64,000 nt of DNA. Origin: Rhodopila sp. (GTDB lineage Bacteria; Pseudomonadota; Alphaproteobacteria; Acetobacterales; Acetobacteraceae). Position numbers and translations under genes: made by a program. Of the stretch, positions 30,055 through 39,662 are shown in pieces. The notes below the pieces were generated by a model. That model searched no databases, was not told the origin of the DNA, and was given only the letters and a program-made list of their open reading frames with translations. Each line of letters opens with the position of its first letter. Within the stretch, counting starts at the first letter, position 1. Location: contig OZ241370.1 in the NCBI GenBank assembly GCA_965200665.1, positions 2,075,709 through 2,139,708 on the forward strand, written 5' to 3'.

Positions 30055-31451
30055 CTACTCCCCGGTCATCTGGGCCGGCATTAGCGGCGCAGCCAGCCGC
30101 ATCAGTTTGGATATGTCCGCCGCCTCATCGATCGCCAGCACAGCGCTCGCCAGGGCCGCCGCCCGGTCGGCTCCCAGCACGCTATCGGTCAGCCCTGCAA
30201 ACTTCGCGCGCAGCTCATGCTCCAACAGAAAGTTGCCGGGCTCGCCCTTCGGCACCACCACCTTCTGCTCGAAACGCTGCCCACGCGCCTGGATGGTCAG
30301 CTTGCCGGACATATTGGTAGGAACTCAGCCTCGATCTCCGGATCGAATGCACATTCCACCTTCGGCAACAGGCCCCGCACGGTGTCATCGTTCAGCAAGC
30401 CATAGCTGTCCCATCCCATCGCCCCGGTCGCCAGCGCGGCGGCGATCACGAACGGCCCGCTGAACTGGCCGTCCACCACATTCTCCGGATTGGCCTTCTT
30501 GTCCGCCGGCGCACCGATCAGCAGCATGCCGGCACGCGGCAATCCCAGCCGCACCGTCTCGATCTCCGAGGGCTTCAGGTCATTTGCCGCACGCAGCGCC
30601 AGCGCCGCGTCGATGCCCGCATGGCCGTAGCGGCACGACGGATAGGGCTTTACCGCCGTGTTCATCAGCTCCCACACCACGCCCAGATCCTGCACCGCCC
30701 GATCCGGGGTCGGGTTCGGTGCATAGGCGCGCATGAACCCATGTTTGCCTTCCAGCGCCTCGGCCGCCCCCTTGAGCCCCTCTCGCACCAGCGTCGCCGC
30801 CATCAACCCGTTGTTCGCTGCCCAGCCGACCTGGAAGCGCTTGGTCCATGCCCCGTTGGCCAGGAACTGCAGGCTGCCCGCTGCCTGCGACAACACCGTG
30901 CCAAGCGCACCGGCCACCCCGTCGGCATCCAGCCCAAACACACGGGCAGCCGCCGCTGCCGCGCCAAACGCGCCGCAGGTCGCGGTCGGATGGTAGCCAC
31001 GGTCGTAGTGCTCGCCCGCCGGCAGTGCCAGCGCCACCCGGCACGTCACCTCATACCCGGCAATGATCGCTGCCAGCACTTCCGCCCCGCAGGCGCCAAC
31101 CATTTCCCCGGCAGCCAGCGCGGCTGGAATCACCGGCGCCCCGGGGTGCAGTGACCCCGCTGCGTGCGTGTCATCGAAATCCAGTGAGTGTGCCAGCGCA
31201 CCGTTCAGGAAAGCCGCCCCCGCCGGGGTATAACGGGCCGCATCACCGAACACGCCGGAGTTGCCGCTCGCCAGCCCCATCGCTCGGGCCGCTGCCAGGA
31301 ACGTCGCCGTGCTCTCCGCGTCATGCCGAGCCCGAACGATGTTGCCGACCAGATCCAGCACCAGGAACCGCGCGCGCCTCACTACATCCGGCGGCAGCGC
31401 GTCCAGCCGGATATCGGCGGCAAATGCGGACAGGGTTGCGGTAACGCCCAT
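30055..31451 (-). pseudogene. MmgE/PrpD-family protein with a 1-nt frameshift near 30320
   Basis: DFDDTH, HPGAPVIPA, HPTATCG, KPYPSCRYGH. The frame ends at EAEF-LPICPAS*, and the family tail (P)TNMSGKLTI...PKGEP continues in ORF 30055-30312. Confidence 0.75.
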
Positions 31452-31565
31452 GGCTCGTTTCCCTTCTGACCTTGAACCATATAGTGCTTGAGATCATCCC
31501 ACCGGCCAAGCAGCCAGCCGGCGGCGCCCTTGATCAAAAGCGCCGATGGGGCGTTCAAAGGCTCG

Positions 31566-33341
31566 TTAAACCTCAAGCAACCCCGCCGCCTGCTGAGAGA
31601 ACAGTGCCCGATAGGGGCCTGCCATCTGCATCAGCGTTGCGTGGCTACCCTCTTCCACCACCAGCCCGCGGTCGAACACCAGGATCCGGTCCAGCGCCCG
31701 CACCGTCGACAGCCGATGTGCGATCACGATGCAGGTCCGCCCCTGCATCAACCGTTGCATCGCCTCCTGGATCAGCCCTTCCGAGTGACTGTCCAGGCTT
31801 GATGTCGCCTCGTCCAGGATCAGCACCGGCGCATCTGCCAGAAACGCCCGCGCCAGCGCGACACGCTGCCGTTCGCCACCGGACAGCTTCACCCCGCGCT
31901 CGCCGACCAGCGTGGCATAGCCCTTCGGCAGCCTAACGATGAAGTCGTGCGCGTTCGCCAGCCGCGCCGCCCGTTCGATCTCCACCTGGCCGGCCCCCGG
32001 GTTGGCATAGGCAATGTTCTCCGCCAGCGTGCGGTGGAACAGCACCGGCTCCTGCGCCACGACGGCGATCTGCCGGCGCAGGCTGGCCTGCGACACCTGC
32101 GCGATGTCCTGGCCGTCGATGCTGATCCGACCATCTGTGATGTCGTACAGACGCTGGATCAGCTTGACGAAGGTCGACTTGCCCGATCCCGAGTGCCCCA
32201 CCAGCCCGACCCGCTCGCCTGCCCGAATGGTCAGCGTCAGATTACGGTACAGTGGTGTGGCGTGCCCGCCATATCGAAAGGTGACATCTGCAAATTCGAT
32301 CCGCCCGGCCCCGATCACCAGCTCCCGCGCGCCCGGGGGATCGGCGATGCCCAAAGGCTCTTCATGCAGCGCCACCATTTCCTCCATATCGTTGACGCAA
32401 CGCTGCAGATTGCTGATGTGGTAGCCCAGGTCGCGCAGATACCCGTGCACCAAAAAGTAGGCCGTCAGCACATATGTGACGTCGCCCGGCGTCGCTCGCC
32501 CCTGCCACCAGAACAGCAGCGCCGTGCTGACGACCGTAATCCGCAACGTCAGCAGTGTCAGGAACTGGGCGCTGTTGCTGTAGGTGCCGCGGATCCAGGT
32601 GCGCCGCACCCGCCGCTGCCACTTGTCCAGCACGCTGGCAACAAGCACGTCCTCCCGGCCTTCCGCCGCAAACCCCTTGACTACGGCGTTGCATCCGACG
32701 GCATCCGCCAGTGCCCCGCCGATCCGCGTGTCCCAGCGATTCGACAGCCGAGCCGCCGGCGCGACAAAGCCCAGCGTCATGCCGACACAAACCATCAGGT
32801 AGACACTGGCGCCAACCAGTACGACCGCTCCCATTGCCGGCCACCGCCAACCCAGCATCGCGGCGGATCCGAACAGCACCAGCGTGGCCGGTACAAGCGC
32901 CAGAACCACGGTGTCGTTCAGCAGATCCAGCGCCCACATCCCGCGGGTGATCCGCCGCACCACCGACCCGGCGAAGCTGTTGGCATGCCAGTCGGTGGCG
33001 AAGCGTTGGATCCGCCAGAATGCCTCCTGCACCACCTGCTTCATCATCCGGGTGGTAACGTGGATGATGCCCAGGAACGCCAGATGCCGCCCGGCGATCT
33101 GCGTCGCCCCAAGCGCCGCCATCGCCAGGATGGCCAAGATTCCGTCGACACGGCCAACCTCACGGTCAGCCGCCCCGATTGCATCGATCAGCCGTCCGGC
33201 GAAGATTGGCACCGTCAGATCAGCGAGCGTGGCGATCAGGATGGCGCCGATGGTGGCTGACACCATGCCGGGCTGGCGCCGCCAATGCGCAAACGTGTAG
33301 CCAAGAACGGCCTGGAAAGACCTTCCTGAAGACTGGACCAC
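31566..33341 (-). CDS. ABCB-type exporter (fused TMD + NBD)
   Basis: Six TM helices, GHSGSGKST, LSGGERQR, LILDEATSSLD, IAHRLST. Confidence 0.93.
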   Translation of the reverse strand: MVQSSGRSFQAVLGYTFAHWRRQPGMVSATIGAILIATLADLTVPIFAGRLIDAIGAADREVGRVDGILAILAMAALGATQIAGRHLAFLGIIHVTTRMMKQVVQEAFWRIQRFATDWHANSFAGSVVRRITRGMWALDLLNDTVVLALVPATLVLFGSAAMLGWRWPAMGAVVLVGASVYLMVCVGMTLGFVAPAARLSNRWDTRIGGALADAVGCNAVVKGFAAEGREDVLVASVLDKWQRRVRRTWIRGTYSNSAQFLTLLTLRITVVSTALLFWWQGRATPGDVTYVLTAYFLVHGYLRDLGYHISNLQRCVNDMEEMVALHEEPLGIADPPGARELVIGAGRIEFADVTFRYGGHATPLYRNLTLTIRAGERVGLVGHSGSGKSTFVKLIQRLYDITDGRISIDGQDIAQVSQASLRRQIAVVAQEPVLFHRTLAENIAYANPGAGQVEIERAARLANAHDFIVRLPKGYATLVGERGVKLSGGERQRVALARAFLADAPVLILDEATSSLDSHSEGLIQEAMQRLMQGRTCIVIAHRLSTVRALDRILVFDRGLVVEEGSHATLMQMAGPYRALFSQQAAGLLEV

Positions 33342-33473
33342 AACTGTAGCGACCGCCGTTGCCGGTCGGCCGACCTCTAAGTCGCCGCGATCAGGCGGCG
33401 GAATGGAAACTTTGGGAAAGAAGGCGCGCCTGGCGCCGACGACTTCAACGCAGCTTCAAAAACACAAGCCGAG

Positions 33474-33524
33474 TCATCGGGAAGTCGGGACCTCTGCCGG
33501 GGACGCAAGTACACTCGTCATCAT
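33474..33524 (-). CDS. Candidate 16-aa leader peptide (MMTSVLASPAEVPTSR) upstream of the ABC exporter
   Basis: GGAG RBS 6 nt before tandem ATGs, in a leader with no other coding signal. Confidence 0.35.
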   Translation of the reverse strand: MMTSVLASPAEVPTSR

Positions 33525-33832
33525 TCACGTCTCCCTTGGTTTGAGGTGACCATCCCCAAGGTGCCACGACCGCCAGCGAAACAGCAAGAAGATTTTCGTG
33601 CTGTTTGGGCGTATAGCGAAGTCTTCACATGCAACGCCCATGCCCGCGCGGCTTCGACCAACCTTGGGGTCAGCGGCCGGCTGGCGCGAGCTCGATCCTC
33701 CTGCGGGTCGATGCACTGCAAGTAAAACGCGTAGGCCACCAATCCCGGGATCGCCGCTCAACGGGTCAATCATCCCAAGCGCCACACCATCCTGCTATTC
33801 CTCCCTCACCCCCATCCCAGTATACTCCCCTC

Positions 33833-35500
33833 ATGACCCAGACATTCCCCAATCGTCAGGCTGGTTTCGCGCATCTCCGCACCCTGGCCGACCGGCCAGA
33901 CGGCCGCCGGATCACGCCGCTGTTCGCCGCTGATCCCGGTCGCGCCACCCGCTTCACCGCATCCTTCGACGACCTGTCGCTGGATTTCTCCAAATCGTCG
34001 ATCGACGACACCGCGCTTGACGCCCTGTTCGCGCTCGCCCGCACCGCCGATCTCGACGGCTTCCGTCAGCGCCTGTTCGCCGGCCAGCCGGTCAACCAGA
34101 CCGAACATCGTGCCGCCATGCACATGGCCCTCCGCGCACCCGCCAATTCAGGTTTGAAGGCGATCATGCCGGGCGGCACGCAGGACGCGGCCGCCATGTC
34201 CGCCGCCGAACGCGACAAGATGCAGGCCTTCGTCACCGCCATCCACAGCGGCGATCTCAGGGGCGCCACCGGCCAGACCTTCACCGACGTGCTGACCATT
34301 GGCATCGGTGGCTCCGACCTCGGCCCCAAGGTGGCCACCGAGGCGCTGACCATCGGCCGGACCGACGCCAAGATGACCGCCACGTTCCTGTCCAACGTCG
34401 ACGGCCACGCCTTCCTGGAATGCACCAGGCACCTCGACCCCGCCCGCACCCTGGTTCTGGTCGCCTCGAAGACCTTCACCACGCTGGAAACCTCGATGAA
34501 CGCCGCGGCCGCCCGCGCCTGGATCGTCGGCGCCCTGGGCGAACAGGCCGTGGCGTCACACTTCGCTGCCCTGTCCACCAACCTGAAGGCCGTCGCCGCC
34601 TTCGGCATGAACCCCGACCGCGTCTTCGCCTTTCAGGATTGGGTCGGCGGCCGCTATTCGCTGTGGTCACCCGTCGGCCTGGTGATCCCGCTCGCCGCCG
34701 GCTGGGACAAGTTCCAGCAGATGCTGGATGGCGCCTGGGCAATGGACTGCCACTTCCGCGACGCACCTTGGACCGGCAACCTGCCCATCCTACTCGGCCT
34801 CGCCGGCATCTGGAACACCAACGCCCTCGGCTGCGCCACCCAATGCATCCTGGCGTATGACGACCGCCTCCGCCGCCTGCCCGCCCACTTCCAGCAACTG
34901 GAAATGGAATCCAACGGCAAGCACGTCCAGTTGTCCGGCGAGCCCACAGGCTGGGACACCTGCCCGATCCTGTTCGGTGAGCCAGGCACCAACGCTCAGC
35001 ACAGCTTCATGCAGCTTGTGCATCAGGGCACCCGCCCTGTCCCGGTCGACTTCATCCTTGCCGCCAACGCCGACCACAACCGCCCCGACGCCCATCGTGC
35101 CCTGGCCGCCAATGCCTTCGCCCAGGCCGAGGCACTGATGCGCGGCCGCCCGGAAGCCGAGATCCGCGCCGAGATGAAAGCCCACAACGCCAGCCAGGCC
35201 GACATCGATGCCGTCGCCCCGCATCGCGTCGCGGTCGGCGAACGACCGTCCAATACCATCATCTTCAACCGGCTCGACCCGTTCAGCGTCGGCCGCCTGA
35301 TTGCTCTCTACGAACACAAGGTTGCCGTCCAAGGCTGCCTCTGGGGCATCGACAGCTTCGACCAGTGGGGCGTGGAGCTCGGCAAGCAGCTCGCCAGCGG
35401 CATCCTCCCCGAACTCACGCCGGGCTCAGAAAAGCATCGACACGACTCCTCCACCTCCGCTTTGATTCAACGCTTTCTCACCCTGCGCGGAGAAGCCTGA
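33833..35500 (+). CDS. pgi: Glucose-6-phosphate isomerase
   Basis: GIGGSDLGP, SKTFTTLET, DWVGGRYSLWS, QQLEMESNGK, SFDQWGVELGK. Confidence 0.97.
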   Translation: MTQTFPNRQAGFAHLRTLADRPDGRRITPLFAADPGRATRFTASFDDLSLDFSKSSIDDTALDALFALARTADLDGFRQRLFAGQPVNQTEHRAAMHMALRAPANSGLKAIMPGGTQDAAAMSAAERDKMQAFVTAIHSGDLRGATGQTFTDVLTIGIGGSDLGPKVATEALTIGRTDAKMTATFLSNVDGHAFLECTRHLDPARTLVLVASKTFTTLETSMNAAAARAWIVGALGEQAVASHFAALSTNLKAVAAFGMNPDRVFAFQDWVGGRYSLWSPVGLVIPLAAGWDKFQQMLDGAWAMDCHFRDAPWTGNLPILLGLAGIWNTNALGCATQCILAYDDRLRRLPAHFQQLEMESNGKHVQLSGEPTGWDTCPILFGEPGTNAQHSFMQLVHQGTRPVPVDFILAANADHNRPDAHRALAANAFAQAEALMRGRPEAEIRAEMKAHNASQADIDAVAPHRVAVGERPSNTIIFNRLDPFSVGRLIALYEHKVAVQGCLWGIDSFDQWGVELGKQLASGILPELTPGSEKHRHDSSTSALIQRFLTLRGEA

Positions 35501-35501
35501 C

Positions 35502-37310
35502 CTGTCGCGTATCCGTCTGCTTTCAGAATCCACGGTTAACCGCATAGCCGCCGGCGAGGTCATCGAGCGCCCCGCCGCGGCCACCAAGGAACTTGTCGAA
35601 AACGCGCTTGATGCCGGCGCCACCCGCATCACCGTCAGCCTCGACGGCGGTGGCATCGACCGGCTGGAAGTCACCGACAACGGCATCGGCATGTCGGCCA
35701 ATGAGCTGGCGCTGTGCATCCAGCGCCACGCCACGTCCAAGCTCACTGACGACAATCTGGTCCGCATCACCACCCTCGGCTTCCGCGGCGAGGCCCTGCC
35801 GTCGATCGGCGCCGCCGCCCGGCTGCAGATCATCTCCCGCCCGCAATCGGCCGACCCAAGGGGGGATCATGCCAGCGTCATCACCGTCGAAGGCGGCCAC
35901 GTTACCGCTGTCGCCCCCACATCCGGCGCCCCCGGCACGCGTGTCGTGGTCCGCGACCTGTTCTTCGCCACCCCCGCCCGGCGGAAATTCCTGAAATCAC
36001 CGCGGATCGAAGCCGAACACGCCGAGGCTGTCGTCCGCCGCCTTGCGCTCTCCGCCCCACAGGTCGCCTTTCGCCTTGACCTCGACGGCCGCACGATCTT
36101 CGAAGCCCCCGTCCAATCGCGCATCGATCGGGTCGCCGCCCTGCTCGGCAGCGAGGCCGCCCAGGTCATGCTGCCGGTCAATGAGGAACGCACCACGCAG
36201 GGCATCGTGCTGCGGATCGGCGGCTACGTCTGCTCGCCCGCCGTCACCCGCGCCACCCCCATTGCCCAAACCCTGATCGTAAACAATCGCCCGGTGGCAG
36301 ACCCGGTCCTGCGCACTGCCGTCAAGGTCGCCTATCGCGACGTTATCGCCGCCGGCCGGCACGCCATCGCGGCCCTGTATCTGGATGTTCCGCCCGACGA
36401 GCTGGACGTGAACGTCCATCCTGCGAAAACCGAACTCCGCTTCCGCGACGCCGGCGCCGTCCGATCCCTGGTGATCGGCTCGATCCGCCGCACTCTCGGC
36501 GTCGGAACCGGCCAGGTGGTCCCGATGCCCGGCCTGAATCCCGCTGCAGCGACCTATGCGTGGGGGCAGTCGCCGCGACCCCGCTACCCCATCGCGCCAC
36601 GGCCGCCGCCAATGGCGCTGTCGCCGGGCGCCGCCGCGCCTGCCTACCGCGGCATGGCCGAGGCCCAGCTTCCCCTGCTCGGCGCCCCCGCCGCGAGGCG
36701 GATCGCAGCGCTTGACCCGGACCCCGGCCATCCGTTGGGTGCCCCGGTCGCTCAAGTACTGGACACCTACATCATCGCGGTCGCCGCCGATGGGTCGCTG
36801 GTGCTGGTCGATCAGCACGCCGCGCATGAACGCCTGACCCATGAAGCCATCCGCGAGCAGCTGGTCGGCGGCGGGGTTCGCAGCCAGCCCATGCTGATGC
36901 CGGCGGTTATCGACCTTCCGTCAACCGACGTGGCGAGACTGGTCGCCCGCGGCGAAGATCTCGCCCGGCTGGGCCTGGAACTGGAAGAATTCGGCCCTGG
37001 CGCCATCCTTGTCCGCGCCCTGCCCGCCGTCCTCGGTGCCACTGAGGTCGCCCCGCTGCTGCGTGACCTTGCCGACGAATTCGCCGACATGGATGAGCAG
37101 ACGGTGCTGTCCGCCCGCCTCGACGCCGTTATCGCCCGCATGGCCTGCCACGGCAGCATCCGCGCCGGCCGCAAACTAGGGGAAGCCGAAATGAGCGCCC
37201 TGCTGCGCCGCATGGAGGATACGCCGCGCGCGGCCACCTGCAGCCACGGACGCCCGACAGTCCTGAAACTTTCGAAGCCCGACATTGAGAAGATGTTCGG
37301 CAGGCGCTGA
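35502..37310 (+). CDS. mutL: DNA mismatch repair protein MutL, apparent CTG start
   Basis: The conserved N-terminus IRLLSESTVNRIAAGEVIERPA...KELVENALDA...DNGIG is in frame upstream of the first ATG (35691). Also DQHAAHER, ACHGSIRAG, CSHGRP. Confidence 0.93.
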   Translation: MSRIRLLSESTVNRIAAGEVIERPAAATKELVENALDAGATRITVSLDGGGIDRLEVTDNGIGMSANELALCIQRHATSKLTDDNLVRITTLGFRGEALPSIGAAARLQIISRPQSADPRGDHASVITVEGGHVTAVAPTSGAPGTRVVVRDLFFATPARRKFLKSPRIEAEHAEAVVRRLALSAPQVAFRLDLDGRTIFEAPVQSRIDRVAALLGSEAAQVMLPVNEERTTQGIVLRIGGYVCSPAVTRATPIAQTLIVNNRPVADPVLRTAVKVAYRDVIAAGRHAIAALYLDVPPDELDVNVHPAKTELRFRDAGAVRSLVIGSIRRTLGVGTGQVVPMPGLNPAAATYAWGQSPRPRYPIAPRPPPMALSPGAAAPAYRGMAEAQLPLLGAPAARRIAALDPDPGHPLGAPVAQVLDTYIIAVAADGSLVLVDQHAAHERLTHEAIREQLVGGGVRSQPMLMPAVIDLPSTDVARLVARGEDLARLGLELEEFGPGAILVRALPAVLGATEVAPLLRDLADEFADMDEQTVLSARLDAVIARMACHGSIRAGRKLGEAEMSALLRRMEDTPRAATCSHGRPTVLKLSKPDIEKMFGRR

Positions 37311-37426
37311 TCCGGCTGAAGCTGGAGTTTCGGGGACAGAAGTGTCCGGGGCAAGGGTGTCCGGCGCATGCCGGTGGCGCAGAATGACTGCGCCACCTTC
37401 AACCTGTCGCTCAGGCCCGCAGATGA

Positions 37427-37876
37427 TCAGGCACCAAGGCGGCCGTTGGCCCGAAGCCGCAACCGATCGCTCAGCACCGCGATCATCGCGGCCTCCTGTG
37501 GCCACAGCACCCCGTCCGCCATCGCCACGCTCTGCGCCGCCCGAAGCGCAAGCACCGCGCCGGGCCGGTCCGCAAGCACCGACATCGCGCTCAAGGCATC
37601 GTTCATATGCTCAAGCTCGAAATCCGCGGCCGCTTCGACCGTCCGGTCAAATGTGCCGACCGTCTTTCTGCGCCCGGACCGCGCCAGAATACCCTGCTCG
37701 CGCAGGAACCTCAGCAACGCCCGGCGCTCCTCCGACGTCGCCCGCCCATCGGCGCAGGCAACAAGTGAGGCAGCGGTGACAATCGCGGTGATCGTGTCGT
37801 CACCGTAGTGATGAACAACATCGGGATCGCTTCGCTCCGAGCGGGGCTGGGCAGGCAGACGATTGGGGTACGGCAT
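37427..37876 (-). CDS. TerB-like (tellurite-resistance/co-chaperone fold) protein
   Basis: AASLVACADGRATSEER...VAMADGVLWPQE; AAGGAG RBS before ATG 37876. Confidence 0.75.
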   Translation of the reverse strand: MPYPNRLPAQPRSERSDPDVVHHYGDDTITAIVTAASLVACADGRATSEERRALLRFLREQGILARSGRRKTVGTFDRTVEAAADFELEHMNDALSAMSVLADRPGAVLALRAAQSVAMADGVLWPQEAAMIAVLSDRLRLRANGRLGA

Positions 37877-37959
37877 ACAACACTCCTTCAATGACGAAAG
37901 GCGTGCGCAGCTTCGGTTAAAACGGGAGCACCAATGCGGGCCACGGATCAACCGGCGCT

Positions 37960-38030
37960 TGATGCGCACGGTGATCCGACATCGCAAGGTTGGCTCAACC
38001 AAGTGTTCGGTTGGCGTCCTGCCAGAGGGG
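37960..38030 (-). ncRNA. Candidate structured cis-regulatory leader RNA upstream of the TerB-like gene
   Basis: CCAACC...GGTTG...CCAACC arrangement allows two alternative hairpins; no family match established. Confidence 0.3.
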
Positions 38031-38162
38031 CCCGGATCGTCTTGAAGATTACTGTGGTGTTGCTGAACCGCGATTCCAAGCCCGGCCCCGCTAATTTTCG
38101 TGTGCGCGCCGGGCAGGTTGCCATCCGGCAGCCCACCACGGACACGCAAAGCCGGGTTGAAC

Positions 38163-38960
38163 CTACGCAGCAGCGACCCGCGGCCGCCGGGCATAGCGCG
38201 TCAGCGCATCCGCATCCGTTGGCAGGATCGGCGCGAAATCCGTGTGCGCAATCCACTCCGCCCGCGTCGGCTTGCGGATGTAGTTGGAAACCGCATTCAG
38301 CGTCAGGTAAACGATCTTTCGCGGATACGGCGTGATGTTCCCGGCTGATCCATGCACCAGGTTGCCATGGAACAGCAGCAACCCGCCGGGCTTCCCCGTC
38401 GGCGCCACAATCCCACCGGCCTCAACCAGTTCCGTCACCGTCTTCTCGTCCAGCGTCCACAGCGGGTACGATGTGGTGGTTACGTCATGGCCCGCCGCCA
38501 GAACGCCGTGCGTATGGCTCCGAGGCACCAGCATCAGCGGTCCGTTGATCGGCATCACCTCGTCCAGGAACACCGCGATGTTCATCGCCCGTGGCTCCGG
38601 CATCCCGTCGTCACGCGCCCAGGTGCCGTAATCCTGGTGCCACTGCCAGACATCACCAGTAAACGACGCTTTCGCGTTGATCTTGTACTGGTGCATATAC
38701 ACTTGTTCGCCAAATAACTGCTCAACCGGCCCGATCATCTCCGGATGGCGCGCCAGCAACCCATGCGCCTCATTATATAAATGCGCGGCGAACGCCGTCC
38801 GCGGCGCACCCGATTTCTCGCGCCAAACCTCCGGCCGTTCCTGGCGATAGATCTCGATCGCCTCGGATTTCAGGCTATCGACCTCTTCCTGAGAGAACGT
38901 CTCCGGCAGGAACAGATAACCTTCTTCGTGGAATTGACGCACTTGTTCTTCGGTCAACAT
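38163..38960 (-). CDS. PhyH/EctD-like Fe(II)/2-oxoglutarate dioxygenase
   Basis: WQWHQDYGTW (HxD) ... FHGNLVHGS (distal His), then PR. The EctD signature HSDFETWH is not present. Confidence 0.85.
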   Translation of the reverse strand: MLTEEQVRQFHEEGYLFLPETFSQEEVDSLKSEAIEIYRQERPEVWREKSGAPRTAFAAHLYNEAHGLLARHPEMIGPVEQLFGEQVYMHQYKINAKASFTGDVWQWHQDYGTWARDDGMPEPRAMNIAVFLDEVMPINGPLMLVPRSHTHGVLAAGHDVTTTSYPLWTLDEKTVTELVEAGGIVAPTGKPGGLLLFHGNLVHGSAGNITPYPRKIVYLTLNAVSNYIRKPTRAEWIAHTDFAPILPTDADALTRYARRPRVAAA

Positions 38961-38974
38961 GCCGGGTTCCTCCT

Positions 38975-39646
38975 TCAGGCAGCTTTCAAATCTAATTCCG
39001 CGGCAGTCAGCCGCGCGGCCACAGCGGCATGATCCCGCGCCGCGGCCTCGGCCGCAGCCGGATTCCCATCGAGCACACAGCGCAGGATCGCGGTGTGCTC
39101 GATCCGCCAGACCGTGGCGGCATAGTCCGGGGCACGCAGCACCATCGCCATCGACCGCATCAGATGCGGCCACAGCGGACCCGTCATCTCCTCGATCGCC
39201 GGATTCCCCGACAACCTGTACAAACCGCGATGAAACTCCGTATCCGCTCGCACCAGGACCGGGATCGGCGTTCCTGCGTCAAATTCCGCGCCCGCCTGCA
39301 GCAGCCGTTGCAACCCGTCGACGACGGCGGCATCACGGGGATGCGAAGCCGCCAGCCGAGCCGCAAGCCCGTCGACGACCTCGCGCACCTGGTACAACTG
39401 CATCACGCGTTTCGGGTCCAAGGGCACCACCCGCAGACCCTTGCGGCCAACATCCTCCACCAGCCCCTGGCGCTTCAGCAGATGCAGCGCGTGACTGACC
39501 GGCTGGCGCGATATCCCAAGCGTTTCAGCCAGCTCGGCCTGTCGGATCCTCTGGCCCGGCAACAACGTCCCGTCGGCGATCGCAGCCAGCATCTGCTGGT
39601 AGGTCCGCTCGATCAGGTTCGGAGTTGCCGCCAACACATCCAACAT
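38975..39646 (-). CDS. GntR (FCD) family regulator
   Basis: LLPGQRIRQAELAETLGISRQPVSHAL..L..QGLV; DTEFH; EHTAIL. Confidence 0.9.
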   Translation of the reverse strand: MLDVLAATPNLIERTYQQMLAAIADGTLLPGQRIRQAELAETLGISRQPVSHALHLLKRQGLVEDVGRKGLRVVPLDPKRVMQLYQVREVVDGLAARLAASHPRDAAVVDGLQRLLQAGAEFDAGTPIPVLVRADTEFHRGLYRLSGNPAIEEMTGPLWPHLMRSMAMVLRAPDYAATVWRIEHTAILRCVLDGNPAAAEAAARDHAAVAARLTAAELDLKAA

Positions 39647-39662
39647 GGAATTCCGAATTCCA
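39646..39662. promoter_or_regulatory. Perfect 17-bp palindrome TGGAATTC-C-GAATTCCA, probable GntR operator
   Basis: Overlaps the first base of the GntR start codon. Confidence 0.6.

Noticed and set aside
35691-35693. ATG as the mutL start
   Set aside because: It would delete the conserved ATP-binding motifs encoded in frame upstream.
38163-38960. Ethylene-forming enzyme partnering the nearby receptor-like kinase
   Set aside because: Motifs are PhyH/EctD-type, not those of the ethylene-forming enzyme family; proximity alone is not evidence.
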